From contig NC_068985.1 of assembly GCF_001194135.2 (NCBI RefSeq), positions 31,221,792 to 31,285,791 of the forward strand: a DNA stretch of 64,000 bases, in the 5' to 3' direction. Below are positions 62,646-64,000 of this stretch, in pieces; within the stretch, counting starts at the first letter, position 1; every line of letters begins with the position of its first letter. The position numbers and the translations under genes are program-made. Below the pieces are notes generated by a model, which did no database searches, was not told the origin of the DNA, and saw only the letters and a program-made list of their open reading frames with translations. Origin of the DNA: Octopus bimaculoides (lineage: Eukaryota).

Positions 62646-64000
62646 CCCTTTCGTTACCATATTTCTAACCAAATTACACCCCTTATGTGTTTCAATTAAT
62701 TTCTAACATAATCATAAATTTAGTCTGGTTTCATTAAACAACTCTAACTTTTTTATTTATCAACATATTAATGTGATTTTTGGAAGATAAATTAACGAAA
62801 GGTTCTCAACCAATTCTATACCAAAATTTTTGTCACAAAGTGACTTTAATTACAGGTAAGTTCAACAAAATATAAAATTATTTAAATTTTTGTTCAAACA
62901 TCGCTATAGAAAATGGGTTATTAGCTAATATTCAATTGGGTATACAACAAAATATTATTATAGAAGAGTTGTGCACATTACTGGATTTATNNNNNNNNNN
63001 NNNNNNNNNNNNNNNNNNNNNNNNNNNNNNNNNNNNNNNNNNNNNNNNNNNNNNNNNNNNNNNNNNNNNNNNNNNNNNNNNNNNNNNNNNNNNNNNNNNN
63101 NNNNNNNNNNNNNNNNNNNNNNNNNNNNNNNNNNNNNNNNNNNNNNNNNNNNNNNNNNNNNNNNNNNNNNNNNNNNNNNNNNNNNNNNNNNNNNNNNNNN
63201 NNNNNNNNNNNNNNNNNNNNNNNNNNNNNNNNNNNNNNNNNNNNNNNNNNNNNNNNNNNNNNNNNNNNNNNNNNNNNNNNNNNNNNNNNNNNNNNNNNNN
63301 NNNNNNNNNNNNNNNNNNNNNNNNNNNNNNNNNNNNNNNNNNNNNNNNNNNNNNNNNNNNNNNNNNNNNNNNNNNNNNNNNNNNNNNNNNNNNNNNNNNN
63401 NNNNNNNNNNNNNNNNNNNNNNNNNNNNNNNNNNNNNNNNNNNNNNNNNNNNNNNNNNNNNNNNNNNNNNNNNNNNNNNNNNNNNNNNNNNNNNNNNNNN
63501 NNNNNNNNNNNNNNNNNNNNNNNNNNNNNNNNNNNNNNNNNNNNNNNNNNNNNNNNNNNNNNNNNNNNNNNNNNNNNNNNNNNNNNNNNNNNNNNNNNNN
63601 NNNNNNNNNNNNNNNNNNNNNNNNNNNNNNNNNNNNNNNNNNNNNNNNNNNNNNNNNNNNNNNNNNNNNNNNNNNNNNNNNNNNNNNNNNNNNNNNNNNN
63701 NNNNNNNNNNNNNNNNNNNNNNNNNNNNNNNNNNNNNNNNNNNNNNNNNTTTATCACGGTCTTCAACGGAAAATCCTTCGAATTCTGACTGGCTGCTTCA
63801 CAGAATAAAATTCGTATCCATTTTTTTGTCAGGATTACAAATTTTGAACAAAAATCTCCCAAAATTAAAAAAAACATGTTGATCGTCGTACAAAACTATA
63901 GCTGAACTGTTTACACAAATAATCACGTGTTTTCACGAATGTACTAACGAGATTTGCTCAGATATTCTCATTTAAATATGAATAGGTGATTTTGGGCGGC
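62646..64000 (-). mobile_element. Second copy of the non-autonomous piggyBac-type element, running off the window end
   Basis: TTAA-CCCTTTCGTTACCATATTTCT start; 62646-62850 and 63760-63960 align with 27852-28055 and 28720-28975. Confidence 0.85.

Noticed and set aside
11205-63750. Long ORFs in the supplied track full of X (around 11.2, 20.2, 28.1, 31.8, 54.7 and 63.0 kb)
   Set aside because: They are open only because they run through N gaps.

Overview
AT-rich, microsatellite-dense, spliced animal genomic DNA with nine N gaps. The repeat landscape (RTE LINE tails ending in (GAT)n, tRNA-derived SINEs, piggyBac MITEs) looks like an Octopus-type cephalopod draft assembly; that attribution is inference. 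Three host genes were assembled by hand from GT-AG exons: (1) an IkappaB-family ankyrin-repeat gene on + (CDS 7917-22836, about 804 aa, possible alternative last exons to 25873); (2) fibrillarin on - (8 coding exons, 43883-33925, 312 aa); (3) ribosomal protein S25 on + (4 coding exons, 55554-62004, 118 aa), head-to-head with fibrillarin across an 11.6 kb transposon-filled spacer. Mobile elements include DD37D (maT) and mariner relics with TIRs and TA flanks, a Tc1 fragment, piggyBac-type TTAA elements, RTE LINE fragments, a Penelope-like GIY-YIG relic, a young non-autonomous LTR element and a decayed CsRn1-type Gypsy. The most interesting observations are: an open Gypsy gag ORF (capsid plus two zinc knuckles) nested sense in fibrillarin intron 1, with an AG that would join it in frame to fibrillarin exon 1; a complete type I hammerhead ribozyme fold with one catalytic-core substitution next to the Penelope relic; an LTR element carrying four copies of its LTR-end/tRNA-Trp PBS junction; and a 1.2 kb foldback palindrome. 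No database searches were run; family assignments come from recalled motifs.
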